Positions 24,705 to 39,053 of a stretch of DNA of 64,000 nt are shown in pieces. The notes below the pieces were generated by a model. It was given only the letters and a program-made list of their open reading frames with translations, was not told where the DNA came from and made no database searches. The first letter of the stretch is position 1. Every line of letters begins with the position of its first letter. A program made the position numbers and the translations under genes. The stretch is from Chara braunii (lineage: Eukaryota; Plantae; Charophyceae), in contig BFEA01000007.1 of NCBI GenBank assembly GCA_003427395.1, positions 806,746-870,745 on the forward strand. The letters are read 5' to 3'.

Positions 24705-27436
24705 TGCGTTCCCTGTTCGGCAGCAGCAGCCTTCCACAATTCACTTGTAAATATGACATCCCTGTCACTCTCGATTGACTTGGGTAGACCAAAATCTCTT
24801 ACCCAATTCTCTTTGAACAGTTTGATAACGTACTCGGTTTTCGCTGTCTCCGGCATGGCTATCAACCTAGCACACTTACTAAATTTGTCCACGATGACAA
24901 AGATATGTCTCATCCCACTCTTGCTGGTGATCAGCGTATCCATGAAGTCCATGGACAAACTCTCACCAGGCCTTTCCGGAATCGGAAGGGGCTTCAGGAG
25001 CCCAGGAGGAGCCTGAGTACGTGGGTTGTCTCTCTGACAGACCTGACAGGTTTCCATGTACAGCTGGGCATCTCGCATCATCGTGGGCCACCAGAACCGC
25101 CGCAGCAGATTCGCTGCTGTCTTTTTGTAGCGAAAATGGCACGTGGCATCATGACACTCACCTAAAAATAAACTACGCAAAGACTCTCAATTTGGGACAC
25201 ACAACCGTTTTTCCCTGCCTTCTCAAGGAACAACAAGCCGTTAACCAACCCAAACTCGAAAGAAGTCTTCTCATCCTTCGCCTCAAGTCTGCGTATGATC
25301 TCCGACATGAACTGGTCCTCGCGATAGGCTTCCACCAAGGAGCGAGTAACATCGTCCGTAAGATCGAACTCAGTAATCAGCGCACCTGAGAAATCAGGCC
25401 TACGCGACAGCGCATCAGCAACCTTGTTGTACTCGCCCTTGATGTACTGGGGCTCGAAGTCATACTGCTCTGTCTGATGATCAATCCTGACGTAGAAGAA
25501 CCTCCCAAGGAGATAGTGCCTCTAATTGGTGAGCGCCTTGTAGATCGCATAGAGCTCCTTCTCATAGGTGGACTTAACCAACTTTTGAGAGGGCATCTTT
25601 TTGGACATGTACTCTACTGCCTCAACTTTTTCCCCTCCTGTTGTGCAAGTACGACGCCTATGCCATATTGGCTTGCATCCGTAGATACTATAAATGGCTT
25701 ATCAGGATCAGGAAGTTTCAAGATCTCATGATGCGTCAACGCGTGCTTCAGATGTCTGAAAGCAGCCTCGCATCTGTCTGTCCACTCCCATGGGGTGTCA
25801 ACGCGAGTCAGGTCAGTCAAAGGGGCGGAAACTAGGCTATAGTTCTTCACAAAATTGCGATAGTAGCCGGTCATACCTAAGAAAGACCTCATCTTAGTCA
25901 CAGACTGAGGACGCGGCCAGTCACGAATGCTGGCCACCTTCGTGTCATCGGGCTTTAGTCCCTCTGCGAAAATCTCATGACCCAAGTACAGGACACGGGT
26001 GCGGCCAAACTCGCACTTCTCACCGTTGATCTTGAACTTGTGCTGTCGCAGAAGACTAAGGACTTTGTCCAAGTGTGCAACGTGCTCCTCGACAGTCTTA
26101 CTAAAAATAAGTATGTCATCGAGGTACAGGATGACAAACTTATCCAAGTAGTCATGAAATATCCGATTCATAGCGTGCTGAAAGGTGCCAGGAGCATTGC
26201 AAAGGCCAAAAGGCATCACCACAAACTCTTACAGACCGTACCTGGTCTGAAATGCGGTTTTGTGTTGATCCTCGGTCCGGATTGCAATCTGATGGTACCC
26301 GGACTGCAGATCTATCTTACTGAAGTACCGACACCCTTGCGCTCTATCTAGCAAGTCGTCGATGCGCGGTAGGGGCTCTCTGTTCTTAACAGTGATGGCA
26401 TTGAGGCCCCTATAGTCAATGCACATCCTAAGTGTTCCTTCCTTCTTTTTGGGTACAAATAGGACTGGAGACCCATAAGGAGAAACACTCGGCCGGATCC
26501 AACCCTTTTCTACGAGTTCCTTGAGTTGCCGACAAAGCTCATCAAGCTCGCCTGGAGACATCTGATAGATCCTACCCTTTGGGATGCTAGACCCTGGGAT
26601 AATCTCTATCGCGTGGACGACCTCCCTCTCAACAACCCCTGTCGGCTCTTCAAATAGATCAGGGTATTTAGCAACTACTCCCTCTATCTCCGACGACCTT
26701 TTCACCGGCTCGCCTGCTACAGAGACATAAACTAGATACATACCCTCCTCCTGATTTTGCTTATAGTGATTGTAGAACACAGCCGCACACATGCACCCGT
26801 AGGACTCAATCAGACTACTAGCCTTGAACTTACGTAATCTAGCGGTCCCTCCACTTTTCGGTCCCAGTCAAACTGGGGTTGTGCCACAGAGAGGTAGTAC
26901 ATACCTGACAACGTATCCATGGGGAGCTCATCGCTCACTAGGAACGAGATGCGATGTCTCATCTCCCCTCTCACGTACGGGAAACAACACTCCACATCTT
27001 GGAGGTAGTCATCGACTACCATGCGCTGTTTGTTGGCACAGGTCGACTCCACAGGTCGACTCAGGCACTGCACTCGCCCCTGTAAACGCAGCCTCTCAAA
27101 TTACGCGCGACTAATGAAGTTCCGTGTCGAGCAAGTGTCATAATAGGCCCCGGCCTTGCGGCCGCCAATTACCACCTCACTGACTAACATCTCACCCTTA
27201 GGGGTTTTGGCCAATGTCGTCCAAGAAGCTAGCGGGTCTGATCTAGACCACTCCTCCTCTAGCTCCTCTAAGGACTCAAACACATTCATCGAACAGAGGC
27301 TTGATGGGTCTGAACGTGTTTGCGGGACGACGATGGAGTCAGTAGCTTGGGCCATCTCTCGAGATGGTGAGGGTGTTTCCACCACCTCGACCCTAGCAGG
27401 AACAACTACTATTCCTACTGGCTCGACGTGTTTCCC
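24705..27436 (-). pseudogene. pol of element A (PR-RT-RH-IN, disrupted)
   Basis: [39 protein letters not shown]. Confidence 0.93.
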
Positions 27437-29333
27437 GGAACAGTGTCAGAAATGCTAGCCACATTGCTACCAACGGGAGTGGAGGATCCTACCGCCTGCC
27501 CCATCGTAGGCGGGATCTTCTCGGTCACCTTCTTGTTTCGACACTTGAATTGGTTATGGCCATATTGGCCACAACGAATACAAGTCTGCCGTGTGTACCA
27601 ATCTCTCCACACGTCCTCAGTGAGACCCGCTTTCTCCCATGGGGGAGCATTGGGGTCAACTTGACTCCTTGACCGGGAGCCTCCACGGTGTCTACCGGTC
27701 GCCTTACCTTTCTGAGTTACGACAGCGACTACTCCACCCCCTGAAGCTTCTACGCTGCCAGCCTCTGAACCTACTCCCGCCTGGAACTCGTCGTCCAACT
27801 CGATGGTAGAACCATCGTTGTCGACGAACATAATGCGGCCCTTCGCCTTCTAGTTGGGAGGCAGTGTCTTCTTCCTACCAGCCGTCGTGGGATTATGTCC
27901 ATGCCCTATCTTCGCTTCAAGGTCTATGGCCTTCTTGCTAAACGAGGGGAAGTTGTGCATATTGATGTTGGCCTCACCTGCCAACTGATTCCTGAGAGGC
28001 ATGGGAAAGCATCTCAGGTAGGAGGTGAGTAAAACCTGGGGGTCATAGCGCACCCCAGGGACACAGATCAGACGCTCTACAGCGTAAGTGGCCTCCCTTA
28101 CTGACGTAAGCTGCCTCGTGTGCAGTGTCAGGATCGCGTCAGTGGCCTTTTGGGCCTCCTGAGGATCATGCCAACTGTCTTCCACCATCTTGAGAAAGTC
28201 CTCCAGTTTCTGATGGGCTGCCCAAGCGCAAAAGTCATGACCGTACCCCTGTAACTGCACTAAACCACTCAACCATCTTGCTGCACTACCCTCTAGGTAG
28301 GATGCAGCCACAAGCACTTCAACCAAGTGTCGAGATCTCCGCCCCTCTTATCCCCTGTAAAGGGTTTTGGAGCGGCGATGGCCGTCTCCGGTATCCACTG
28401 ACTTTGTCCTGGTACTTTGCACCAATCTGTGTTGTGGACCCTGTGATGCTGGTGGCTGCACTAGCTGCTGGGGTTGTGAACCCTGCGGTTGTGCAGGCTG
28501 CGAGACTACAGGCTGCCCGCTTACGGCAACTTGTGACGGAGGTTGGGTAAACAATGTCTGTACAGGAACCTCTAAACTAGGACCTGTTGAGAACCCGCCT
28601 GTCAAGGGCATACCCAGGGAAACGGGCTGAACCGATGCTGGAGCTATATATGGGGATACCCCAGTCACCGGTGGGACAAAAGGAGGAGGTTGTGCAACGG
28701 GCCAGGCACCCGACCCGGACGGCAATGGCGCAACCTGCACTCGTCCGACCAATACGGCCAGACTCTGCTGAATGTCCTGAAGGAGAGTCGTCTGGTGGTC
28801 CTGCATTTCAACTACATCTAGCAGGACGGACCGTTTGGTTCTCACATCATCAGTCATGTGTGTCAGGTCCATCTCCTCTAACTCACTAACGTCCACTTGC
28901 CTCCGCTGCATCCTGGCTCTTCTTCTAATCATTTTCTTTTTCTCTGCCTTAATCTCTCTTAACGCCTGTTGTAGTTGTGCCTCGCGAATGGCTGCTCGTT
29001 GTATGGTGACCTCCTCGGGGGTCAACACTATTGGCTGGCTTGCCATAACACCAGGGGACTGACTCACGGTCTGTGCGACCGTTGACCCCACAGAACCTGA
29101 ACTACTAGCCTGAGAAGTTTGTTGCGCGGCAGTGGCCATGACTGCTGAAGTAGCGGCCTCGCTTGCCAATGCTCTGCTTTCCTCTGCGGCCCTAACTCTT
29201 CTCTGCTGTTGCTGCCTCTCCGCTGGCGGAACAAGTATTTGTCGCCCTCTGGTCCTAATGCCAAATGGGCGATTGGGCGTCTGACCGATCGCAAGATCCG
29301 GTCGTCCTCTCTAGTGTCCTCCCTGTCGCTCAT
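27415..29333 (-). pseudogene. gag of element A (disrupted)
   Basis: ORFs 29064-29333, 28348-29169, 27850-28326, 27415-27831; AASYLEGSAARW; CCHC knuckle. Confidence 0.9.
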
Positions 29334-30583
29334 AGGCTACAACACTATACACAGCCTGCACTAGGACACTCAAGATGCCTACCGCAACATAATGCATAGA
29401 CTGATTTATAATAAAATAACAATAATAATCGGTGGCTATATCAGAGACTATACATTCGGGTCCAACAGGTAAGCTCAGATTCCTACAAATGGTACCATTC
29501 TACTTTGACTAGTTTGCAAACAGTAAGCACAATGAACATAATCAGTTCTAAACTATGTTGTCTGTCAGTACATCTAACTAGTCAAAATAAAAATAACATC
29601 ATTTGTTGGGTCTGTTTGCAGCGGGGGATCTTACTCAAACTTATCACCTGGAATCTACCCCTTCCCCAATTCCCCTTGATTGTCACTTGACGTCAGCGTC
29701 CTTGAGCAATCCGGTTTGGCGTGCGTGACTNAAGGTGTGCACACGGCCCACCCNTGTGCCCCNAGTAGNTGCTGAGCTGGCCAGCCCTGCACTGTGTTTA
29801 TNCTCGCGTGCAGCGAGCCTTACACCNATTGGNNGATNCANAGGCAATTTAACGACCGCCCCCAAGTGTCATNAGGAATTATTTTACGTCGCAGCAGGAC
29901 GACGATCACAACCAATGGTTTCCCCAGCCGGTGTTTATTTATAGACGCCCGATACTCGTCTCTCCCATAGGGCTGGCCTGCCCTTCAGTACCCCTTCTAT
30001 GAGCGCAATAAGCAAACAAGGACAAAGTAGCAAAGCATGCGTGCTCTACTCCCGGTGGGTTGGCATGGTGACCGTGACCCAGTGCTCCGTCCAGGGCCCT
30101 TCAAAAAGCACTGCCCTATTCTTCCAGATGCTCCACGTGAACAATGTCGACTCTCAAGGTTGAGCGCACACGACACCTCACATGAGAGGACTCTCAAGAA
30201 GAAACTCACAACCTCATGGTAAGAAGTGATGAAGAGGGTAGATAAGGTTAAGAGCAACGTACCTCATTATAGCTGCCCCCAACCACAAATATTCTCACCA
30301 GATGACCTGATGGCGATTGCGATGACCAGTCACTGCATCGGCACAACCAGCATTATCTCGCCGTTCCACCTCAGCATCAATCAACCACCAGATAGTTCTC
30401 ATCACACTGCGAACACCCCATATACACACCATAGCCTTCCTGGCGATTCCCCTCTCCTCCTAGGTCGCCACACCTTGTCTTCGCCCTCCTCACTACACAC
30501 CACCTACGGCCTCACTCACCAAGCTGACCGCATGTATGTACCGCATAGGCAGAAGACAAGCGCCAGATGAGCACAACGTACCA

Positions 30584-30597
30584 CAGCTCCGATACCA
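30584..30597 (-). promoter_or_regulatory. Primer-binding site (initiator tRNA-Met-like)
   Basis: TGGTATCGGAGCTG 3 nt from the LTR end; the same PBS occurs at 45970-45983 (-) and 56004-56017 (+). Confidence 0.85.
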
Positions 30598-32387
30598 AAT
30601 TGCAAGCATGAGCGATAGCGAACTTCAGAAATCAAACAACATCATACACAAGACCAGATAGTCGTGACCTCGAACCAACAACAGAATTGCATCACAAGTT
30701 TCACCAAATAAGAACACACCAAAAGTTCATAATTGACAATGCTGCAACATCATCAACGAAGAACCAATGTTGATATCCTATCTGACGCTCGGCGCCCAGA
30801 CTACAGATGGCAGATCGTATCTGGCCTACTCTACAATGCCGCCGGATGACGTCAACAGCTTCACTGAAGTACGAGCAGATAGTGGCCAATGCTGCACGCT
30901 TCCAGCACCAGGTATGTCTCTCGCTGCACTCACAACCTCGTTCCCCAATTCACAAATGCCACATGCACCCAAGGACCGCCCTACGCCACACCCTGCTCAC
31001 AGCAGCGCAGCTCGGCTATGGTTGCCTGCTCCTTCCTGCTCGCCCGTGAGCGCGTGAGCGCTGGCCAGCTCTAGCGCAGCAGCGCTTGCGCAGCATGCAG
31101 CCAGCACCCGAATGTCCAATGCGGAGGCAGACCCTTTGCTGTATGGAAGTGGCCTGCCTGCTGCTGCGCGGGGCCTGTCCCAAGAAGCTTCCGGTAGGCC
31201 CCGGTAGGCTGAGGCCCAGTCCAAACGAATCAGGCCCAGGGCCTGTGGTGATTACTTGTGCCCAACTGTCCTCGGCCTGTGTTTGGCCCATATCCCATAT
31301 CCAGCCTAGGGCCTGCCTTCCATACATGCAAACAGGCGGCCTGGGCCTGGGTGCTCTTCAACCAACTGGCGCTGCGCAACTGCCTGAATTTTCCACAGTT
31401 GCGAGGTGACTGAAATAGGGGCCCTCAGGCCCTCGTCGAGCCTACCTTCACTTAGGGCGGCCGACGTGCTGCATAACAGGTCCAAAAAGGGGCTCATCGG
31501 GGCCTTGGCCTCGCACTACCTGCTACTTGAGTGTTTTTCCCTGCTGCCCTAAGTGTCACGGGCCTACTCCCCGCTACTTGAGTGTTTTCCCTGCTGCAAC
31601 CCTCAAAATCATGGCCACAGGTAAGTACCGCGGGACTCGTAACACACAAGTGCCCTGTCTGGCTACACACACACTCATACGGGCACACGAACCAGCAAGC
31701 ATGCACACACACACACAAACTTAGAAAACTCAGCAGAATGCGGGAATCTCAGCAAGGCATTCATTCCAGCGGCAAAACTCAGAAATCAGCAGTGTTCTCA
31801 GTCTGTGTTTTGGCAGGTCATTACACAAACCCCCCCTCAAGCGCGAGGTCCCTTCGAGCGAGTAACTCACTCGGAGTGCCTGCACAATGTTCATGGGCAT
31901 AGATGGCAAAGAGTGACCTGGTGTGTTCAGTGGGAGTGAGAGTAGCAGAAAGCTTCGGCTGCTGTTTTGATTGCTGATCGGAGGTCTGTGGCTGCTTGGT
32001 CAGAGACAATCAGTCGCTCATAGGCTTCGACAACTCGCGGTGCACTCCGCAACAAATTATTTTCATAAATCCAGTAGAAATCATCTAATGGGTGATATAG
32101 GAAATTAACCTTATATTGTTTGTTCTTCCCCTTTCCACTGTGTTCAACAATTCTATCAATCTCGTGACCACCATTGATTGCACAAGGGATCATTGATGCT
32201 TGATATGGAAAAGTTTCAGGAGACGAATACAGAAACAGCTTCGATGCATGAAAGACTAGGTATGTTTGCAGATGAGGAGGCACGTCAATCACATAGGAAA
32301 AACCGAATGCATAGCAGCTGCTAAGGACCATAGTATTGAGGAAGAAGCTTTCGCGACACCCCCTCTTCTTCCCATACATAACTTCCC

Positions 32388-33484
32388 ACCTTGAAAGGTT
32401 CAAGTTGGCGCTTCTTGTTAGCATGTTTGACCATGGCACTGCCTCGCTTCTCCACAGCAGCAACAACAACTCTGAGCAAGTGATCTAACTTAGTGCTGCA
32501 GCCAGGCTGGCCTGGTGTTAGACCAGGCGCCGGATCAGGAAACAGGTAGGATAGGGGATTGCAAATCTCCCACCCGAAATGCAACCGATTTGGTGTCATT
32601 TCAGTGGAGTGTATGAAGTTCTTCTACAACCACTGCATAATCGGCAATTCCTCATCCCAAGATTTCTGATTGGAGATAATTAGAGCGTGGAGAACTTGGA
32701 TCACGGTGCGGTTGATCTCCTTAGCCAATCAATTGGCTTCAGGATGTCGAGAAGATGTCATCTTCAGTTTGATGTCATAGATCTGGGAGGTGAAGTCTTT
32801 CCAATATGCACTTATGAATGTGAGTTTGAGATCTGCTATGCGGAGCACATGATGACTTACCAAGGCCGCTTTCAAGGCTTGAAAGGCAGTTTCACACCTT
32901 GAAAGGTTCAAGTTGGCGCTTCTTGTTAGCATGTTTGACCATGACACTGCCTCGCTTCTCCACAGCTGCAACAACAACTCTGAGCAAGCGATCTAACTTA
33001 GTGCTGCAGCCAGGCTGGCCTCGTGTTAGACCAGATGTCGGATCAGGAAACAGGTAGGATAGGGGATTGCAAATCTGCCACCCGAAATGCAACCGATTTG
33101 GTGTCATTTCGGTGGAGTGTATGGAGTTCTTCTACAACCACTGCATAATCGGCAATTCCTCATCCCAAGAGTTCTGATTAGAGACAATTAGAGCGTGGAG
33201 AACTTGGATCACGGTCTGATTGATCTCCTCGGCCAATCAATAGGCTTCAGGATGTCGAGAAGATGTCATCTTGAGTTTGATGTCATAGATCTGGGAGGTG
33301 AAGTTAGGAAAAGATTGGTGTTGCATGCACCCATCAGGAAACTGTTAAGTACACTGCGAGAACATGGATTTTTGAAAGGAGACTCTTTCCAATATGCACT
33401 TATGAATGTGAGTTTGGGATCTGCTATGCGGAGCACATGATGACTTACCAAGGCCGCTTTCAAGGCTTGAAAGGCAGTTTCACA
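32388..33484. repeat. Tandem duplication of an RNaseH/integrase deletion-junction unit
   Basis: 32388-32895 repeats 32896-33484 minus ~80 bp. Confidence 0.85.
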
Positions 33485-35277
33485 TGCGTCGTCCCATGTG
33501 TAAGATACATTCTTGCTTGTTAATCTAGACAATGGGCAAGCAATGATACAAAATCAGGGAACACACTTCCAGTAGTATGACAAAAAACCAAGAACGGAAC
33601 GCAGCTCACAGACATTCACCGGTCGAGGCCACTTACGGATGACCTCAACTTTGGTTGCCTCGGGCCGAAGGCCTGCAATAGACAACCGGTGTCCAAGGTA
33701 GATGACGCTGTCCCTCCCAAACTCAGGTCTCTCCAAGTTGAGATGGAGTTGCATTTTCTTGAGGATATTTAACACCTCCTCAAGATGTCTCATGTGCTCA
33801 ACCATCGATTTGTTGAAGATATAATCTAGGTAGACAACAACAAATTGATTGATCTGATCGTGGAACACCTTATCGATGAGATTCTGAAAGGTGGCTGGTG
33901 CATTCGTGAGTCCGGAGGGTATAACTGTGAATTCGTACAGCCCATCGAGAGTCTTGAATGCAGTCGTGTGCTGGTTCGCAGGATCGACTTCAATCTGGTG
34001 GTAACTAGACTTGAGATTGATCTTGGAGAAGGCCTTGCACCGACCTGTAACATCTAGCAAGTCATCAATGTGTGGCAATGGGTATACATTCTTTCTTGTT
34101 ATTCTATATAGTCTATAGTAGTCAATACACATCCAGAATTTGCCTCCTTTCTTGGGGACAAACAAAACTGGTGCACCAAATTCGAACTCACTAGGCTTAA
34201 TCCACCCCTTGTCAATCATTTCGTTGATTTGTTTGTGGAGTTCCTCAAACTCGCCGGGTCCCATAAGGTACACACAACCCTTTGAAGGAACAGTGCCTTC
34301 AATCAACTCAATTTCGTATTGGATGTGACGCACGGGAACCCCACGTGGCCAAAACTTCAGGGAATCGGTTGAGGAGACTTTGAATATTTGCTGGGATTTT
34401 CGGGGGCGGAGAATAAGTGCAGGCAAAGCAGGCTGCAAATTGGCAGCCAAGACAAGATAATTTGAAGTAGAGGTGTTACATGTTGCGAAAATGGATGGCT
34501 TATGAGCAGGACGGACAAAGGCTATGTACAAATGTTCATCCTCTTTGCACCTACACCACTTTTTTATAGACTCACATGACATTTAGAAAAGTCACAGGGG
34601 ATTTGTGCTTCTCATCCAAGAGGACAGGACACTCGTTTCCCTTAGCATCTTGGACCACGAATAGTGATTCCTTCCACTCAGTTCTCTTGCATTGGGGCTT
34701 TAATCAGCCCGGTCCTAGACCTGAATCGAAGGGGCACATGTTGAGGACATAAAAGTTCAGTGCGTGTGTGACAGTTGTGTCCTGGTCAGCGCGCAAACCT
34801 TTGACTGCATGTGCGGATGTAACGACTTCTTGGTTGCCTACTTGGGCCTGGCAAGGGTTCTACAATTCCACTTGCTTAATTCCCAAACCCACCTTGCAAA
34901 CCCCATATGATGACATAAAGTTAGTAATACCGCCGCAATCAACCAAGACACGGAGGTAGTGGTGGTTAATGAGAAACTTGAAGAAGATTAACTCCGCTTT
35001 CCCTTGAGCACGCCGTTATTTCATCTCAGCCCAATGCTCAAGGTGATAGTGGAAGTCAACCTCCTTAAAATCAGCCCAAGGCTCAACATAAAGAACATGA
35101 CAAGCGCTAGAGAGACGGTTAACGGGGCCCCAAATATTCGCCGTTTTCGTTGGCAATTGCGGTGCGAATTCCATCAAAAATTTTAAAAACAAACTATATG
35201 AGACCATAGTGCAAACATCAAAAAAGGAAACAAGACAAAAAAGGAAACAGGCCAAAAACATCAACCTTGGAATCAAC

Positions 35278-35645
35278 ATGTGATAGAACTTCAAGAGAGG
35301 ACTAGTGAACTGAATCAAGTTTCTTGGAGGAACTGTCACTTACCGGTTTAATCTCCCTTGTTGTAGAGTGTGTTGACGACAACTCTACGCCCAGTTCTGG
35401 TTTCCCTGCAGCCTATATCAGTATTGGACTTTATGCCCCAATTCGTCGAAAATAACACCCCTGGTTAACCAGGTGTGGAAATTGGGGCATAAAGTCCAAT
35501 ACTGATATAGGCTGCAGGGAAACCAGAATTGGGCGTAGAGTTGCCGTCAGCACACTCTACAACAAGGGAGATTAAATCGGTAAGTGACAGTTCCTCCAAG
35601 GAACTTGATTCAGTTCACTAGTCCTCTCTTGAAGCCCTATCACAT
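35278..35645. repeat. Long inverted repeat (166-bp arms, 36-bp spacer)
   Basis: 35278-35443 is the reverse complement of 35480-35645 with few mismatches. Confidence 0.93.
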
Positions 35646-37076
35646 TCACAATGAAGGCAAACCCCTTCTTGACCCTAGCCTTCCAATCACTGATGTGGAG
35701 TTCCAACCAAGGTTTGGTGAAAGAATCCTATTTTGGCTCCTTTGGGGAGTTCGACAAAGGTCTTCTCTGAGTTCCGGTTTGGTCCCTTTGTGTTGGCAGA
35801 CTTTTTAAATGCATTGAAGTTTTCTTCCTCGTTATTAGTTTCAGAATCATGGCATAAAGAGGACTAGGCTGTATTAGCGTCCTGTTCTTGGTCGTCACCA
35901 AGAGTGGGTTCATCTGCATAGGCCTCCTCTTCGGTCTCCAACAGGTCCAACACATTAAGGTGGTTGCTGCCTCTGAGTCGTTTGCTGCTTGTGGGCTTCT
36001 TGCCACCTATTGTGGAGACAAGGTCTTTTGCCTCGAGGCTGACTATATCCTGCATGAGGGGAAGCCAGCCCGTATACCCAATGAAGTCTTTGCCTAGGCG
36101 ATGTGTGTAAGTAGTGGGAACCATACTTTTCACCACATCCAAGCATGGCTGATCAGTCATCTCCAATCCGGGAGTAGCAAACATTTTGTTGAGATAGGAT
36201 GGAAGGTTATGCATGAAGCTCGACCCCTAGTTGTGCTTGCGATGGTCAAGCTTGTTTCTAACTCTTGCAGCAACATGTGGATCCTTACACTATTTAATTA
36301 AAATCTCTTCAAGTGTGGCAATTGGCATGGCCTTAAGCCACTGTGTCGAATTTATCTTTGTATACCCAGCTCGCACAGCTTGGACTTCTAAGAAGCCGAC
36401 GTTCGTCCCCATGATCAAGGATTGGATCACTAGTTGTGTTCCCAACACCTCGAAGTTGGCTCTCGTAGAGCTAATCCAAGACTCTACGTCGTCCTTGCCG
36501 TCGTACTTGGATGGTGTCTGGACTGCCTTCCTGTCCACATAGGGACTGCTGTAGCCGGTACCAACATCTGCAGGTTCTGATTTTGAGGCTGCAACAACTT
36601 CAGAATTTCCTACGTTGTCACTAGATGTTGCAACAACGGAATCTGCACCTACTACAAATCCCGATAAAATGTTAACCACACTCAAAGGAGGAGAATAAGA
36701 AAATACGATAAGAGGGGCAAGACTAGTTGCAGTAACAGCTCCAGAACCAGAGGGTAGAGGACGAGGATTAGGCACTTGGGCCTATCGCAGTTCATCTCGG
36801 TCAAGTCCTCCCAAAGCTTCTGCATTTCTGCAAAGACTTGAGCGAGCATAGCCGTATGATCTTCAAGATTCCGGACTTGAACTATAGCGTTCGTTCCCCA
36901 CATTGTTCTTTGCTCAGCGAGGGAGCTGAAACTGGGTGATAATGTTGAAACTGGAAGTGGCAATGCCTGTCCTCTGGAGCAGCATGGAGTCTCCTTTTCC
37001 AATATCCCCACATTGTCACCCTAAAGCCATGGCGACCTTTCCTCTCATCACTTGACCCCATCAACACCAGTGCCTG

Positions 37077-37077
<1 letters not shown>

Positions 37078-37137
<60 letters not shown>

Positions 37138-37275
37138 TCTTTCATGTCATAACGTCTGCCTCTGTTCCCTCCCTGCGTGGTTTCCTTCCCGACGTGCTGC
37201 TATCGTTTCCTTCCCCATTGTGGCATCGCGCTGCCTTCCTTTCCTCCCTGCTCTCTTCTCCTTCCCGTCGTGCTG

Positions 37276-37328
<53 letters not shown>
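37078..37328. repeat. Two (CT)n microsatellites
   Basis: Runs at ~37078-37134 and ~37277-37328, the second abutting a gap. Confidence 0.93.
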
Positions 37329-39053
37329 NNNNNNNNNNNNNNNNNNNNNNNNNNNNNNNNNNNNNNNNNNNNNNNNNNNNNNNNNNNNNNNNNNNNNNNN
37401 NNNNNNNNNNNNNNNNNNNNNNNNNNNNNNNNNNNNNNNNNNNNNNNNNNNNNNNNNNNNNNNNNNNNNNNNNNNNNNNNNNNNNNNNNNNNNNNNNNNN
37501 NNNNNNNNNNNNNNNNNNNNNNNGTGTGTGTGTGTGGCCGCGACTTTTCGTCAGTGCACGCTATGTTCTGTCGTCTGCCCGCTCTCACCACGCTTGCAAT
37601 AGCGCCCCTGGTTGCTTGCCGCATGCGTTCGCTCATCGCGTGTGCAATGACCATGCCACCGCATGGCATCGGAGAAGCTCAGCGCCATGGAACCAATTGA
37701 CACTTCAAAGTTGAGCTTCCAAATTTTGATGGCGATAGCACTAAGGGCATATGGGGCCTCGCTCCGCTACTCACCACATGCACAATGACAGTGTATTATT
37801 CCTTTTTCTAGGGGAGGATTCATATTCTCGTTTTACACATTTGGTGAGTAGTGGAGTGAGCTCGTTGGTCAGCCACGCCGTTTTTCGCCCATTTCATTGC
37901 ATACCCACAAAAGGGCCATAATACCGTTGAAAATGAAAAACTAGTGGGAAATGAAAACAAGCACGCCAAATCCTTACTGCTCGTGGGACCTTCCTCGATA
38001 CCTGCCACCTGGTTGTGAAAGATGGAGGGGCGAGGCCAAATTGATATTGCGGTCTGACCATAATACTACCTATTACCTATACTACTTGTACTAGTAAAAT
38101 GGCATACAGGCTTCGGGGGACCCACGCCAAACCTCCACCCAGCCATTCCCCCCCTAGGCACTTTTTCAACACCCAGCCATGCCCCCCTGAAACTTTCCCA
38201 CCCAGCCCAATTCCATCCAGCAGATTTTCACACCTAGTCGGACCACCGTTTACCCTTTGTGGCGTACCTGCACCCATCCAAGACTGTCGGTGTCGACCGG
38301 TAGAAGTAGTCTGTCAGCACACCGATCGAACCCTGTGTGTTTCCCCGCGTCTGTCACTCGCGGGAGGGATCGATTGGGGTTCCTGTAACCTACAAGAAAA
38401 AGATTAATCGATATTTACAGAACAAAAACTGGAATCGATTGATGACACAACGATGAGACGCTCACAGATCTCCGCTTGGGAGGAACAAAATGTATATTTC
38501 CATTCAGTGCAAAATAATAGGATTCACTGCGCTACTCCCAACCCCAGAGATAGATCTCGTGTCCAGTTCGGGAAAATCAGTCTGAGTCCCAACCGATCTC
38601 ACCAACAATCTAGGGCAAATCCTCTATCCGACGGGATGCCGCCGATAACGAGCACGCTGATCCCATGGAACAGTACTCGAACTCTCCGAGTCTGAGGCAG
38701 AATCGAGGGCCCACCGTGGCCACTGTTCACGGTCCACTTTCACCATAGGTCAACCTTGCCGCCTGTTCCCCTCAAGAAGCAAAATCCCAGCGTTCTGACT
38801 CTGCTCCCCGACAACCGATCTCAAATGCCCGCCCGAGTCCGGAAAGAACCGGCTTGAACTCCAATGACCGGCTTGGTCTCCAGCGCCCTGGTTCAACCCG
38901 AGAGCCCCGGCCTCTTCAAGGCCCTGGTCACATCCAATGCCCCCGCCTTGTCCAATGTTCTGTAGTCATCCAAAGTCACCGCCGAGGATGTACCAGTCCA
39001 CGTTAGCCTGGATCTTGTAGCCCGGGTCGGCCTGGGTCCCCCGGCCTCGATCT

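Larger units (their letters stand above)
24705..31515 (-). mobile_element. Ty3/gypsy element A (same family as D), 3'-truncated within integrase
   Basis: 5' LTR 30601-31515 (TGCGAGG...CTTGCA), PBS 30584-30597, gag 27415-29333 (CIRCGQYGHNQFKC), protease YYDTCS, RT YLDD, RNase H TDAS, integrase HHCC and SMDF. Confidence 0.95.
31554..37060 (-). mobile_element. Ty3/gypsy chromovirus element E, heavily deleted and rearranged; 5' LTR not seen
   Basis: gag PSKYDGKDDVESW; protease LVDCGG ~34935; RT ORF 33554-34582; integrase remnant SSRHPEAN; chromodomain HEIDRIVEH...QYKVNF...W at ~32010-32170; PPT 31830-31840 then TGTAA LTR start at 31825. Confidence 0.88.

Noticed and set aside
30037-30570. Antisense ORFs in the leader of A/C/D (GWHGDRDP)
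   Set aside because: Frame breaks between A and C through non-triplet indels; conservation is better explained at the nucleotide/RNA level
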